Source: Tubiluchus corallicola
Taxonomy: Eukaryota; Animalia; Priapulida
Assembly: GCA_030141605.1 (NCBI GenBank)
Contig: JAQGDQ010000826.1
Coordinates: forward strand, 27,223 to 91,222
Direction: 5' to 3'
Length of the DNA: 64,000 nucleotides
Shown here: piece after piece, positions 1-64,000 of the stretch
How positions within the stretch are numbered: the stretch's first letter is position 1
Layout: each line of letters opens with the position of its first letter
Translations under genes and position numbers: made by a program
The notes under the pieces: generated by a model
Told to the model about the DNA's origin: nothing
The model's database searches: none
The model's input: the letters and a program-made list of their open reading frames with translations, nothing else

Positions 1-130
1 AATTCTTAAAGTGTTCAAATTACAATGCTTTGGTGAACTCAGTTGTTAAAAATGTTAAATTAAGCCTTCTGACTGACACAAAATTTGAAAAAAACATGAT
101 TTATTTCTATAAAAGGTTAAAATTTCATAC

Positions 131-53102
<52,972 letters not shown>

Positions 53103-53316
53103 CTGGAAAAATAGAAGAACAGTAACAGGCTAAATGAGAAGAAATTTAAATGGAAATAACATTGCTATTGTAGTGACAAACGATTCTCCATTCTCCAATT
53201 GCAAAGTTGTTTTTAAAAGCAATAATATTACGCAGCTAATAGGCTCTCTAACATCTGTACTCATTTCAAAGTTTAGGTAATGAACAGTGCTAGTTTGTGT
53301 GACATGGTGATTAGGT

Positions 53317-53578
53317 TGTTTTTGTTGTTGTTGCTGTTGCTGCTGCTGCTAATATTGTTGTTGTTGTCATTGTTGTTGGCTGCTGCTGCTAATGTTGATG
53401 TCGTTGTTGTTGTTGCTGTTACTGCTGCTGCTGCTGCTGCTAATATTGTTTTTGTTGTCGTTGTTTTTGTTGTTGTTGCTGTTGCTGCTGCTAATATTGT
53501 TGTTGTTGTCGTTGTTGTTGCTGTTGTTGTTGTTGCCTGCTGATGCTAATGTTGTTGTTGTTGTCGTTGTTGTTGTTG

Positions 53579-53610
<32 letters not shown>

Positions 53611-53785
53611 AATATTGTTGTTGTTGTCATTGTTGTTGCTGTTGTTGTTGTTGCCTGCTGATGCTAATGTTGTTGTTGCTGTCGTTGCTGTTGCTGCTGC
53701 TGCTAATATTGTTATTGTCGTCGTTGTTGTTGTTGTTGCTGTTGTTGTTGTAGATATTGTTATTGTTGTTGTTGCTGCTGCTGCT
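53317..53785. repeat. Compound (GTT/GCT) array with higher-order repeats
   Basis: Direct observation. Confidence 0.93.
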
Positions 53786-56659
53786 CTTGTTACTGTCTTC
53801 ATAGCTCATGTTCCAAAGACAATACAAGCTATAATTACGTCTACATAAGTTTTAAATTATATAGATTATTCACTTTTACGTTAGTACTTTCACTACAATA
53901 GTTTTCAAAAGCAAAAAACCTAAAAGGAGAGAAAAACATGGTAAAAAGACGGTAATAAACACAGCAACAGGAAATAGACACAGAGGCATTTTTGTTTACC
54001 TCCATAAATGTTGTTTGAACGTTCTTTCATGGTGAAAATTTCAACTTTGTTTTAATGGACTGTTCACTAAACGTGTAACATTGAATAAAATGTTTTTCAA
54101 AAAAAGTAGACTTAAAAACAAAAAATATTCAAAGAACGTAACAGAATATTTTTGCAGCATGAAAACAGAAGAGTAGAAATTTATTTTTTTACTTTAAAAA
54201 CATAAAAAAAGATTCAAAGAACGCAAGAGAAATTTTGCAACATTCTTCCATATATATATGGTATATCACAGAGTAGGATAGGCTATTTCAGCTACCAATT
54301 TTAATTGCAAAACCGTAATCATTGAGTATAACAGAGAACGCAATAGCTGCCTTTTCTTTTAGATCAGACAATTTTTCTACGATCTTGTTTTTGAAATAGT
54401 TAGCTCTCAGGACGTCCACGCATCACAAGGGCCTTGGAGGTCCATATCCGCAATGGTAAATACTCTCATTTTCTTAAACACGCTAGCAATGCTCACAACA
54501 CAGTAGACGTCAGATGCATTCATTTCTACTAGGGCAATCACAGCGCTTAAGCAAAACCCATGGCTTCCTCGATTATACCACAAACAATAACATGGCTATC
54601 TGCTTAGTAAATTATCTAAGATTACCTATTCGATTTCGCCCGAATCTGATAACTTCCCGGCAATGAAGCAGGTGCTTCTATAAGAATGTGGTGAAATGAA
54701 GCCATTGATAAACAATACGCGTGGCTGATTAAACCAGGTGGCAAACAATGGGAAATGACGCGCACAGGTGATGAAATAACAACCATATATATATATATAT
54801 AAACCAATCAAGATGTGAGAATATTTATAAATAAGAATGAATAAGAAAGAAGGAAGAATAAGAATAAATTTGACGCACACTTTCCATTCAATGCAATTTT
54901 TGACTCAGGGATGCGCTTTTGTTTTGGCTTCATCTCGCGAGGCGCACCCAAAATAGGCCCAGCTTTTACGGCGACTGCTTGTTTCACAAAAGTTAAGTAG
55001 CACTCAGCCTGGCCAGTAAACGAAAAGGTGATCGCCAAGAAGTGGTTTCACATAATACAGATCGCAAGCGTTTAGCCCCGCCGGTCTTAATGATGTAACA
55101 GACCTCACAAACGCTCACTCGCTTCAAATCGCTACACAGCATATAAGCAAAGGTGAAAAACATGGATAGCTCCTGTGCTGCTGTCTGCCCAAATCTCTAG
55201 TTTAAAAATCCGTAGAAAAGAGCAAAGTTTCAAAAATGACAGAAACACAACAGGTTGTAAATAATGCATCCTTTATTATATTAATTATTTCTTTGCTTCA
55301 GTAATTTATTTTTCGAAATATTGGTAGCATATGCGATTTATTTCAGTTGACCAGATGGTTTAAGTAGCATTATTCATTACTATACTATTATTAATATTAC
55401 TGCTATTAATAAGTTAATAATTAATATATTATACAGTAGGCCTACTGGTATTTTTTGGTACTAGCATATAGTAGTTTAGTTTATTATCAGTAGAAAAAAT
55501 AATACAATGTTTGGGTTAAAATATGATGGACCAAGCCCACAACTAATTAAATTTTTATATCAAACTTGGGAGACAGAAAATATAGAAAAAGTTGAAATAC
55601 AGTCTGGATTTGAACTGGGGACCTTCTGCATACAGTGAGCAAAATATCTCGTATTAGGTGATTATCCCTGACAATGAACTAGATCTCATTCCTTCACAGC
55701 TATGAGACGTTAATGGGCAAGTAAGTAATTAAGTAATTAGAAGCTTTGATGGTAAGTTAAAGTGTATCATGTTCAAGTAACATTATTACAATGCATTTAT
55801 GAAACGTTTTTGAAAGCCTCAAATATGAATTCATAATCAAAAAGGCCCCTAAAAAGGGAACCCTGTGTTCTCGCATCACATCAACGCTTGTGATAACTTC
55901 CTTTTATTCTGAGTGGAATTGCATTTTCGTTTTGAGTTTCATTTTGTTTGATATAATTTTTTGCTATAAGTTAAATTCTGTTTTGCATTGCTTGTGATAA
56001 CTTCCTTTTATTCTGAGTGGAATTGCATTTTTGCTTTAAGTAGATTTTTGTTGCTTTTGTTTTGATGTTATTTTTTGCTCTACATTGAATTTCAATAATT
56101 TTTTGCCTGATGTTATTCCTTGTTATGCTTTGAATTGCATTTCTGCTTTGAGTTGATTTTTGTTGCTTTTGTCTTTTATACATACACAAACACTTAAAAA
56201 TGTCATGAGCCTGTGAATAAACTTGTATTTTTAATAAGGGGTAGCTGACCAAGTGACCACTAGGTCTTTCGCTGCTCCTTCTCAGCTGCAATGAAATGTA
56301 AAAATAATTGTGACGAATTTTAACTGATACTGGGAAAATAAAATTGAATTGAATATTGTGCTATATAAGACATTCATTTCACTTATTATAGCAAAACGCA
56401 TGAAAAATCATCGTAATGATGTGGAAGATCATTGCAAATGATCTGAAAAAAATACGATAACAAAGTAAATAAGGCAAAAAACGCCAATGAGGGAGAGAGA
56501 AATAAAAAAAATTTTGCCCTGAAATGGCTCATAAACGCCATTAGCAACAGCAGCGTCAGTGACATTCGTAAATTTCTGCAGAAAATCATTGGAGTATTTA
56601 GAAACAATGAAATGAGTACAGGATGTGAAAATAGAATGACTTCCAAATGAAACAACGAC

Positions 56660-56912
56660 CACTTCCGCCCGCACGGCAACTTCACGATTACAATGACGAC
56701 ACCACGCCCCTCCCTTTCTCGAAGAAACCCCTACACCCCTTCTCGTGAAGCCGCCCCCTGACGGCAATCAACTTTACAGTTTTCCAAGCAAAAGTCAATT
56801 AAACTGACTCGTGCGCGCAAGGTGTTACGATATTGTAAAGCCAGCGTCAAGTGAACCGTGACGTCATTGGCGCTGTTTAAAGGTAGGAAGAGGTAAAGTT
56901 TGTCAGCAGTCG
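56660..56912 (+). promoter_or_regulatory. Candidate Pol II promoter: GC boxes, CRE half-sites, full CRE, CCAAT (reverse strand), TATA-like TTTAAA and Inr-like TCAGCAGT
   Basis: TGACGTCA 56859-56866 directly followed by ATTGG; TTTAAA 56876-56881; CGTCA 56845; TGACG 56694 and 56759; CCGCCC/CACGCCC boxes; locally CpG-rich in an AT-rich background. Confidence 0.55.
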
Positions 56913-56941
56913 TCCCAAGTGAAGCCAGAAATCTTGTCATC

Positions 56942-57037
56942 ATGTCTCCCGAGTGTAGTGCACCTGTAGCAGCTCTACTCACCTGCATTATTCTTAGCAC
57001 CGTTGAAGGTGCACCATGGACACAACAAAGAAACAAG
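56942..57037 (+). CDS. Candidate first coding exon of a nested antisense gene encoding a secreted precursor (MSPECSAPVAALLTCIILSTVEG|APWTQQRNK)
   Basis: ATG with A at -3; hydrophobic core ending in V-E-G (signal-peptidase-like site); near-consensus donor AAG|GTAAGA; promoter motifs directly upstream. Confidence 0.55.
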
Positions 57038-57140
57038 GTAAGATTTTTTACCCTCATTATATATAAAAACAATTCTAAACTGAAGTATTCAAAATTGGCC
57101 TTGTTTAAGCAAAATCTCAAGCATATATCATTATAAATTA

Positions 57141-57600
57141 CCGTATTTTCCCGTGTATAAGAGACCCTTTTTTGCTCAGAATTTTCACTTTAAAAATAAG
57201 GGGTCTCTTATACATGGGAGTAAGTCTTTTCAATAAGATGCATAAATTGTGACACTAATGATTTTAAAGAAATAAGTGCTCTACAAGTGCCTCAAGGCAT
57301 GGAATGGTGTAAAGCCAGAGGTCATTATTAAATCTTTCAAGAAGTGTGGCATCTCCAATGCCATGGACGGCACAGAGGACAATGCCATTTTTGAGCAGAG
57401 TGACTCCTCTGATGATGAACTGGCTGGAATTGCTGAAGGTCTGACTCCAGTTGATATTTTTGATGAGAGTGATGAGGAATTTAATGATTTCTATGATGAA
57501 TAAAGTTATTCATTACCAAAAAACTTTTTTCCAGAATTTTTGCCTAAAAATCGAAGGGGTCTCTTATACACAAGGGTCTCTTATACACGGGAAAATACGG
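57141..57600 (+). mobile_element. Non-autonomous pogo/Tc1-mariner element retaining the transposase C-terminus
   Basis: TA|CCGTATTTTCCCGTGTATAAGAGACCC...GGGTCTCTTATACACGGGAAAATACGG|TA; ORF 57276..57503 with KAW...IIKSFKKCGISNAMDGTED followed by an acidic tail. Confidence 0.88.
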
Positions 57601-57679
57601 TACTTATAAAACAGGGCATTTGTTACTCGAGTAGAAAAGTCTGAGAATTATTGCTGTGAAAATTGTTTCCCGGTAAGGA

Positions 57680-57922
57680 ACCAGACAGTTTAGTCTAGTG
57701 GTAAAGTCGTCTGGGAGGTCGTGAGTTCGAACCAGCGGCCGGGTCATACCAAAGACTTTAAAAATAATACCTGCTGTTGCCCTGCCTGACGCGTGGTATT
57801 TAGGGTAAAAGTGGGGTAATAATAGTCTCTGTTATGTAGTTGTAGGTTGTTATTTACAGTCGGCGATGATAGCTCTTTGAGCTAATGTTAATTGTTCACC
57901 CAAAAGCCGACTTTAAATAACG

Positions 57923-57953
<31 letters not shown>
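57680..57953 (+). mobile_element. tRNA-derived SINE, copy 3
   Basis: Same family; small deletion in the tRNA head; (ATT)n tail. Confidence 0.85.
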
Positions 57954-57954
<1 letters not shown>

Positions 57955-58680
57955 AGGGAATCAAACTTCAACAGAATGTATCTAGGCTTCTAGCAAACAC
58001 CAAAATTTATCAGTAAGAGTAAAAAAAATAATGATCATTGATTAATAATATTATGCTACTTAGTGCGTTTAATGTCAGTAGCGATTAGTTTTAAGGTAAA
58101 ATGAACGGTCTAATGGCCATGGCGCGTGCTTCACTACAGATTTAAACAACATAGTAAGTGGTCAGTGTATGATTCTTGACGGACAGTCAAATCAATATAG
58201 TTGAACTGTTATACTGCAGTCAAACATGGCTAAAACACCTGACTCTCCAGTATCTCAGTAAAGAGACATACATACATAATAGGCTTTCTATTAAATTATC
58301 AAATTTAAATACATATTAGATAGTTCAGTCACTTTAATGGCATCTATCTACCTAAACACAAATTAATTAATGATTTACGTAACTTAATTTCAGTTCGCTG
58401 TCGAGAAAAAACTGTTTCTATATGAAATATATTTCACAAGGTTTTCCACCTGAGAAAAAAACATTTTGTGGTGACAGATATGCCACTGTGAGTGTTGATA
58501 ACCAAAGTTATTTCTAAAACTTCATACCACGTGGACAAAATTTAATGAATCATTACAATGTGAAAGCCAGAAAAATAAATTTGAATGAAATTTAGTCTCT
58601 TTCAAGACACCGAAGGTGTCATTAATAATGAATTTATGCTATAACCCCAATAAACGAGCTCAAGGAACCATTATTCACAT

Positions 58681-59195
58681 CCTTCTTCTTCTTCTTCTTC
58701 TTCTTCTTCTTCTTCCCAGCTTCTCCCTATGCGGGGTCGCCGTTGTGAATGAGTCTTCTCCACGCATTCCTGTTGTTGACCATCTCTTCATTCATGTCTT
58801 CCCTTCCCACATGATCTTCACCGACTCTTCTTTTCAGGTGTCCATACCATCACAATCTTGCGAGGCTTCCACTATTTTTACTGTTCCTCTGATATGATTA
58901 TTTCTAATTTTATCTCTTCTTGTTATTCCCACCATCCATCTCAACATCCTCATCTCCACCACACCCATTTTCTTCTCTTCGGTCTTCTTTAGAGAAGCTG
59001 CTTCCAGCCCATAGATTAGAGCGGGTCTGACCACTTCTTTGTGGACTTTCCCTTTAAGTCTCACCGACTCATTCATAGAAGGTTTTGGCGCAGTTTTTAC
59101 AGGCGGATGCCCTTCCTGACCCTAACCCTCCCTATTTATCCGGGCTTGGGACCGGCACTGAGTTGGGCTGGCTTGTCCCCCCCCCCCTGTGGCTA
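58681..59195 (-). mobile_element. Non-autonomous RTE element, copy 2
   Basis: Near-identical to 27392-27912; TSD GAACCRTTATTCACAT. Confidence 0.9.
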
Positions 59196-59224
59196 GAACC
59201 GTTATTCACATTACTACCTGTTAA

Positions 59225-59681
59225 ATGGAAGAAAAATGATATTTTAAAGTATACCCCCCCCCCAAAGAACTTTCCATACAAAGTTATAATCTTACTTAGC
59301 ATAATTATTTATGTAATTGCAAAAGAAGTTTCTTAGGAATTTAGAATATTTGCGCCACCTGGTAAAATGGCACTGTTGTGCCATCCCAGCGTGCACCACT
59401 GATTCACCAAAAAACATATTATTGATCTTGCTGACATGATAAAGTAATTTAAGCTTTTGTTCAGTTAGTGAAATATGTTCTACGAAAGCCCTGATTATTT
59501 TTTCAACCTGTTTGTAAATTTGTTTCATGCGACTTACCACCAATATGGCTGCAACTTATCACGCGGGTTTAAATTTACAAGTTTCATACACCGTTACTGC
59601 TAGTGCAAGCCCTGTATGCAATAAGGCAGTAAGACGATTTTCAAAGTTTATTTATGAAGAGTGTAAACAATTTCTTGTGTT
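59225..59681. mobile_element. Degenerate second copy of the 15159-15648 element
   Basis: Colinear similarity to ~15290-15640; ends TTTCTTGTGTTTTAA. Confidence 0.55.
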
Positions 59682-59703
59682 TTAATTGGTCTTGCCTAAA
59701 AGG

Positions 59704-60376
59704 TGTTATTATTGTTGTTGGCATCCTTCTGTCTCGGAAGACAATGGAGTGACAACCGATCCTTGAACCACTGAAATGGCCTCTCCAGGGCGCACGCCTG
59801 GGCAAGATGTATGGAGATCCCGAGTTGCCCAGACAACAGGAACCCCTCTCTTCCTCCCTGGTGTTGTTGCTGTTGGCATCCTTCTGTCTCGGAAGACAAT
59901 GGAGTGTGCGCCAAGAGAGTCAGTTATTGATCACATTGATGGAGCTGCAGCGTCGACTGTGGCTGAGCAATCCTATCCTTGAACCACTGGAGTAGCCTCT
60001 CCAGGGCGCACGCCTGGGCAAGGTGTATGGAGATCCTGAGTTGCCCAGACAACAGGAACCTCCTCTCTTCCTCACTGATGTAGTCCAAAGGAAAGCGGAG
60101 CAATACGTTTGGCACCAGGTTGGCTGCAGGAGCTGCTGGAGTCAGTGAGCATGCTGTACTGGTCCGCCTTCGGGGCTCCACTCCTGATTTGGAAGGTTTC
60201 CCCCTCTACACATGGCTGTTGGGTCACTTGACCTCCTCGCCCTCACCTGTGCTGCTCCTCCGCCTAGTGTCGAGATACAGTGTGGGCATCTCGCAAGCCT
60301 ACAGCACTTGGTATTCCTAGGCGGTCATCCATCCAAGTACTAGCCAGGCTCTACGTTGCTTAACTTCGGTGATCAG
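59704..60376 (-). mobile_element. 5S rRNA-headed SINE, copy 3 (5S head 5'-truncated, 3' end partly duplicated)
   Basis: 5S 3' portion at 60295-60376; same body; two GGCATCCTTCTGTCTCGGAAGACAATGGAG tail copies. Confidence 0.88.
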
Positions 60377-61220
60377 TAGTAAATAAACGTCAACAGTAGT
60401 AAATAAACGTCAGCAGTAGTAAATAAACGTCAATAGTAGTAAACAAACGTCAACAGCAGTAAATGAACGTCAACAGTAGTAAATAAACGTCAACAGTAGT
60501 AAACAAACGTCAACAGCAGTAAATAAACGTCAACAGTAGTAAATAAACGTCAACAGTAGTAAATAAACGTCAACAGTAGTAAATAAACGTCAACAGTAGT
60601 AAATAAACGTCAGCAGTAGTAAATAAACGTCAACAGTAGTAAACAAACGTCAACAGCAGTAAATGAACGTCAACAGTAGTAAATGAACGTCAACAGTAGT
60701 AAATGAACGTCAACAGCAGTAAATAAACGTCAACAGTAGTAAATGAACGTCAACAGTAGTAAATGAACGTCAACAGTAGTAAATAAACGTCAACAGTAGT
60801 AAATAAACGTCAACAGTAGTAAATAAACGTCAACAGTAGTAAATAAACGTCAACAGTAGTAAATAAACGTCAACAGTAGTAAATAAACGTCAGCAGTAGT
60901 AAATAAACGTCAACAGTAGTAAACGAACGTCAACAGCAGTAAATGAACGTCAACAGTAGTAAATGAACGTCAACAGTAGTAAATGAACGTCAACAGTAGT
61001 AAATGAACGTCAACAGTAGTAAATAAACGTCAACAGCAGTAAATGAACGTCAACAGTAGTAAATGAACGTCAACAGTAGTAAATAAACGTCAACAGTAGT
61101 AAATAAACGTCAACAGTAGTAAATAAACGTCAACAGTAGTAAACAAACGTCAACAGCAGTAAATAAACGTCAACAGTAGTAAATAAACGTCAACAGTAGT
61201 AAATAAACGTCAACAGTAGT
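60374..61220. repeat. 20 bp minisatellite (~42 copies)
   Basis: CAGTAGTAAATAAACGTCAA unit. Confidence 0.96.
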
Positions 61221-62825
61221 ACTAAATACCTATATTTTTCCAGATATCTGTGAAATTATGGAATAATAAGAATTAGTAACTCATTACAATATATATATAT
61301 ATATATATCTCCTTATTCAGATGATTAATGGTTATTGCAATAAATCGATTTAAATTAAAAATTTAAAATTCATTAACGGCAGCCTAAATATAGCAACAAA
61401 GGCACCTCCGCGTAGTTTATATATTCTGTTATAATTAACTAATGCATAATTTTAGTTACAACGAATTTGTGTATTGACTTGTAGCTGTCATTCATTGTCA
61501 AGTTCGCACAACGATGGCTTCAGTCTTTTCAAAGCTCTACTAAAGTGCGTCACTCGCTAATAGCTTTTGTAAGTTCTGTTAACGTTGTGCCGTTACGCCA
61601 TTAAAATATATTATTGTTCAGATATCAAAGAGATAGTGACTGAAAAATGAAAGACGTTCACGCAAACTGATCACACTGAAGTTTCCAACGAGGATCGAAC
61701 GTTACTTAGTCGACTGAATGTGTTTTAAATATGTGTAAAAGCGAGATGCTCACATTATTATCTCTGGTTTAGAAAAAGAGGTCACAGACCCGCAAGAGAA
61801 ATGGCAAGCTTCACTTTCAGCAAAAGTGCAATTAAAGCCACTCGCTTTTGCAGTTTTTCACCGAACAATAAGCAAGCTTTCCTTTCCATTAAGCCCAGGG
61901 TTGCACGGGACCGGAACCCTTTTGCGACGATCGAAAATTCCAACAGCCGCCAAAAAATTCTCGCGACTGTGTTTTACCTCAAATCATTCGCATAAAGTTC
62001 TAAATAATTTCGAGTGATTTTCGTCACTTTTTTTGCAAATTTCGGGCTTTTTTCTCGAGCGCAAATATCGCAGGAAATTCGCACGGCATGTTTGCGTATA
62101 TTTGGCGACTTATGCGACAGGGCAAATGTTTTTTATCATGTTGCCTATTGCGTATTGGGATAATTTCACGAACATTTGACAGAATTTTCAGGAAAAGAAA
62201 CGCGGGACGGCCGAGGATCTTGAAAAATGTCGCAAAATGTTGAAAAATAGTCGTAAAGTCATCGCAGCATTCTCAAAAACGTTTCAAAGTGTTGTCCAAG
62301 CTGCTTTGCGAATCTTAAAATTGTTGAGGAATAATTGGCAACACGTTTGGCGCCCGTTCAAACATCTTTACGACACTTTGGTGAAGTTTCGGCGAGATGG
62401 CGATTTTCCAACTCCCAAACATTGAACATCTCAAAGATTTTTGCTGAAGCCAGCCATTTTTTAGCGACGACGGCAAATAATCGTCAAATGTTTTGCGAAA
62501 ATTTGGGGATGTTTTAAAGCACATTATCGAAGCGAAACACTGGCTATAGACAAAAACAAGATTAATGCCGGATTCCTCTTATACAAAAGGCAAATATTTT
62601 TCTCACTAAACTGCATAATCATGATTTATAACCACCTGATCACAATGTAGTATTGTATATTGTATAATTAAATATTGTATACTGTTATAATGTGTAAAAA
62701 ATCCAAATGAGATAAAATTGAAATCCAATCTTATCTAATCTACCACTAGCTATCAGTGAAGGTGGACAGCAAAAAAATTGAAATTCAACAAGCTGAAAGA
62801 AATTCAAAATTACAACACCTTCTGC

Positions 62826-63786
62826 CAGCTTTTATACCTGAATAGCATAGAATTAAACAACCTAGGAATAGCAACAAAGCATGATAACCATGATATGATG
62901 ATGGTGATGATGATGACGATGATGATGATAATGGCAATGAAGTGAATTAAAATGCAACCATACTTTTTGCTAGCTTTTATACCTAAATAGCATAGAATTA
63001 AACAACCTAGCGATAGCAACAAAGCATGATGATGACGATGACGATGATGATGATGGCAATGAAGTGAATTAAAATGCAACCATAGTTTTTGCTAGCTTTT
63101 ATACCTAAATAGCATAGAATTAAACAACCTAGCGATAGCAACAAAGCATGATGATGATGATGGCAATGAAGTGAATTAAAATGCAACCATAGTTTTTGCT
63201 AGCTTTTATACCTAAATAGCATAGAATTAAACAACCTAGCGATAGCAACAAAGCATGATGATGATGATGGCAATGAAGTGAATTAAAATGCAACCATACT
63301 TTTTGCTAGCTTTTATACCTAAATAGCATAGAATTAAACAACCTAGCGATAGCAACAAAGCATGATGATGACGATGACGATGATGATGATGGCAATGAAG
63401 TGAATTAAAATGCAACCATAGTTTTTGCTAGCTTTTATACCTAAATAGCATAGAATTAAACAACCTAGCGATAGCAACAAAGCATGATGATGACGATGAC
63501 GATGATGATGATGGCAATGAAGTGAATTAAAATGCAACCATAGTTTTTGCTAGCTTTTATACCTAAATAGCATAGAATTAAACAACCTAGCGATAGCAAC
63601 AAAGCATGATGATGATGATGGCAATGAAGTGAATTAAAATGCAACCATACTTTTTGCTAGCTTTTATACCTAAATAGCATAGAATTAAACAACCTAGCGA
63701 TAGCAACAAAGCATGATAGCCACGATATGATGATGATGACGATGGCGATAATGATAATGGCAATGAAGTGAATTAAAATGCAACCA
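62826..63786. repeat. ~110-130 bp tandem repeat (~8 copies) with a variable internal (GAT)n tract
   Basis: GCTTTTATACCTAAATAGCATAGAATTAAACAACCTAG...GGCAATGAAGTGAATTAAAATGCAACCA unit. Confidence 0.93.
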
Positions 63787-64000
63787 GTTTTAAAATGATT
63801 AAAAATAAATCAGTTAACTAACTTGTATAATTTTGTTAAATGCTGTTCGAATGTCATGTTTCAGGCCAGCAGGATTTTTTTGCTTGTCACTTTGTCACAG
63901 CATAATTAGATAATGCTAAAACATAGATGAAAGGTAGACATTAGCGGCATGTCGTAAAGAAAATGATGCGGATGGATAATTAACCCTTTTGAGGCAGAAG

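Noticed and set aside
56975-57120. Minus-strand alternative first exon for a short cubilin isoform (CAG|GTGAGT donor at 56983)
   Set aside because: The frame that would join the phase-1 CUB11 exon has no nearby ATG or signal peptide, and the promoter motifs fit the plus strand better; not fully excluded
53103-64000. Further cubilin exons (CUB10 C-half)
   Set aside because: No CUB motif with splice sites found by eye; the next exon is presumably beyond the window, although a small exon could have been missed

Overview
Eukaryotic, AT-rich invertebrate-type genomic DNA; no prokaryotic features. The window lies inside one large minus-strand gene, a cubilin (CUBN) orthologue. I could read 30 GT/GC-AG-bounded exons (53102 down to 131) with matching splice phases that build 14 consecutive CUB domains, numbered CUB11-CUB24 by recalled similarity to vertebrate cubilin. 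The gene continues beyond both ends of the window. The introns are full of locus-private mini- and microsatellites and small mobile elements: 5S-rRNA-headed and tRNA-headed SINEs, non-autonomous RTE elements, hAT, piggyBac, pogo and Kolobok-like MITEs, Helitron-like repeats and LINE fragments. Most notable observations: (1) a candidate antisense nested gene in the >10.9 kb intron, with a CRE/TATA-like promoter and a signal-peptide first exon (56942-57037); (2) a 5S rRNA + RTE-LINE chimeric SINE family (3 copies, with target-site duplications and the LINE zinc-finger codons still legible); (3) an inverted ~640 bp copy of an intron-exon junction bracketing three exons; (4) a tandem array that multiplies a splice acceptor; (5) a GC-AG intron. 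All calls are by eye. Repeat copy numbers and some element boundaries are approximate.
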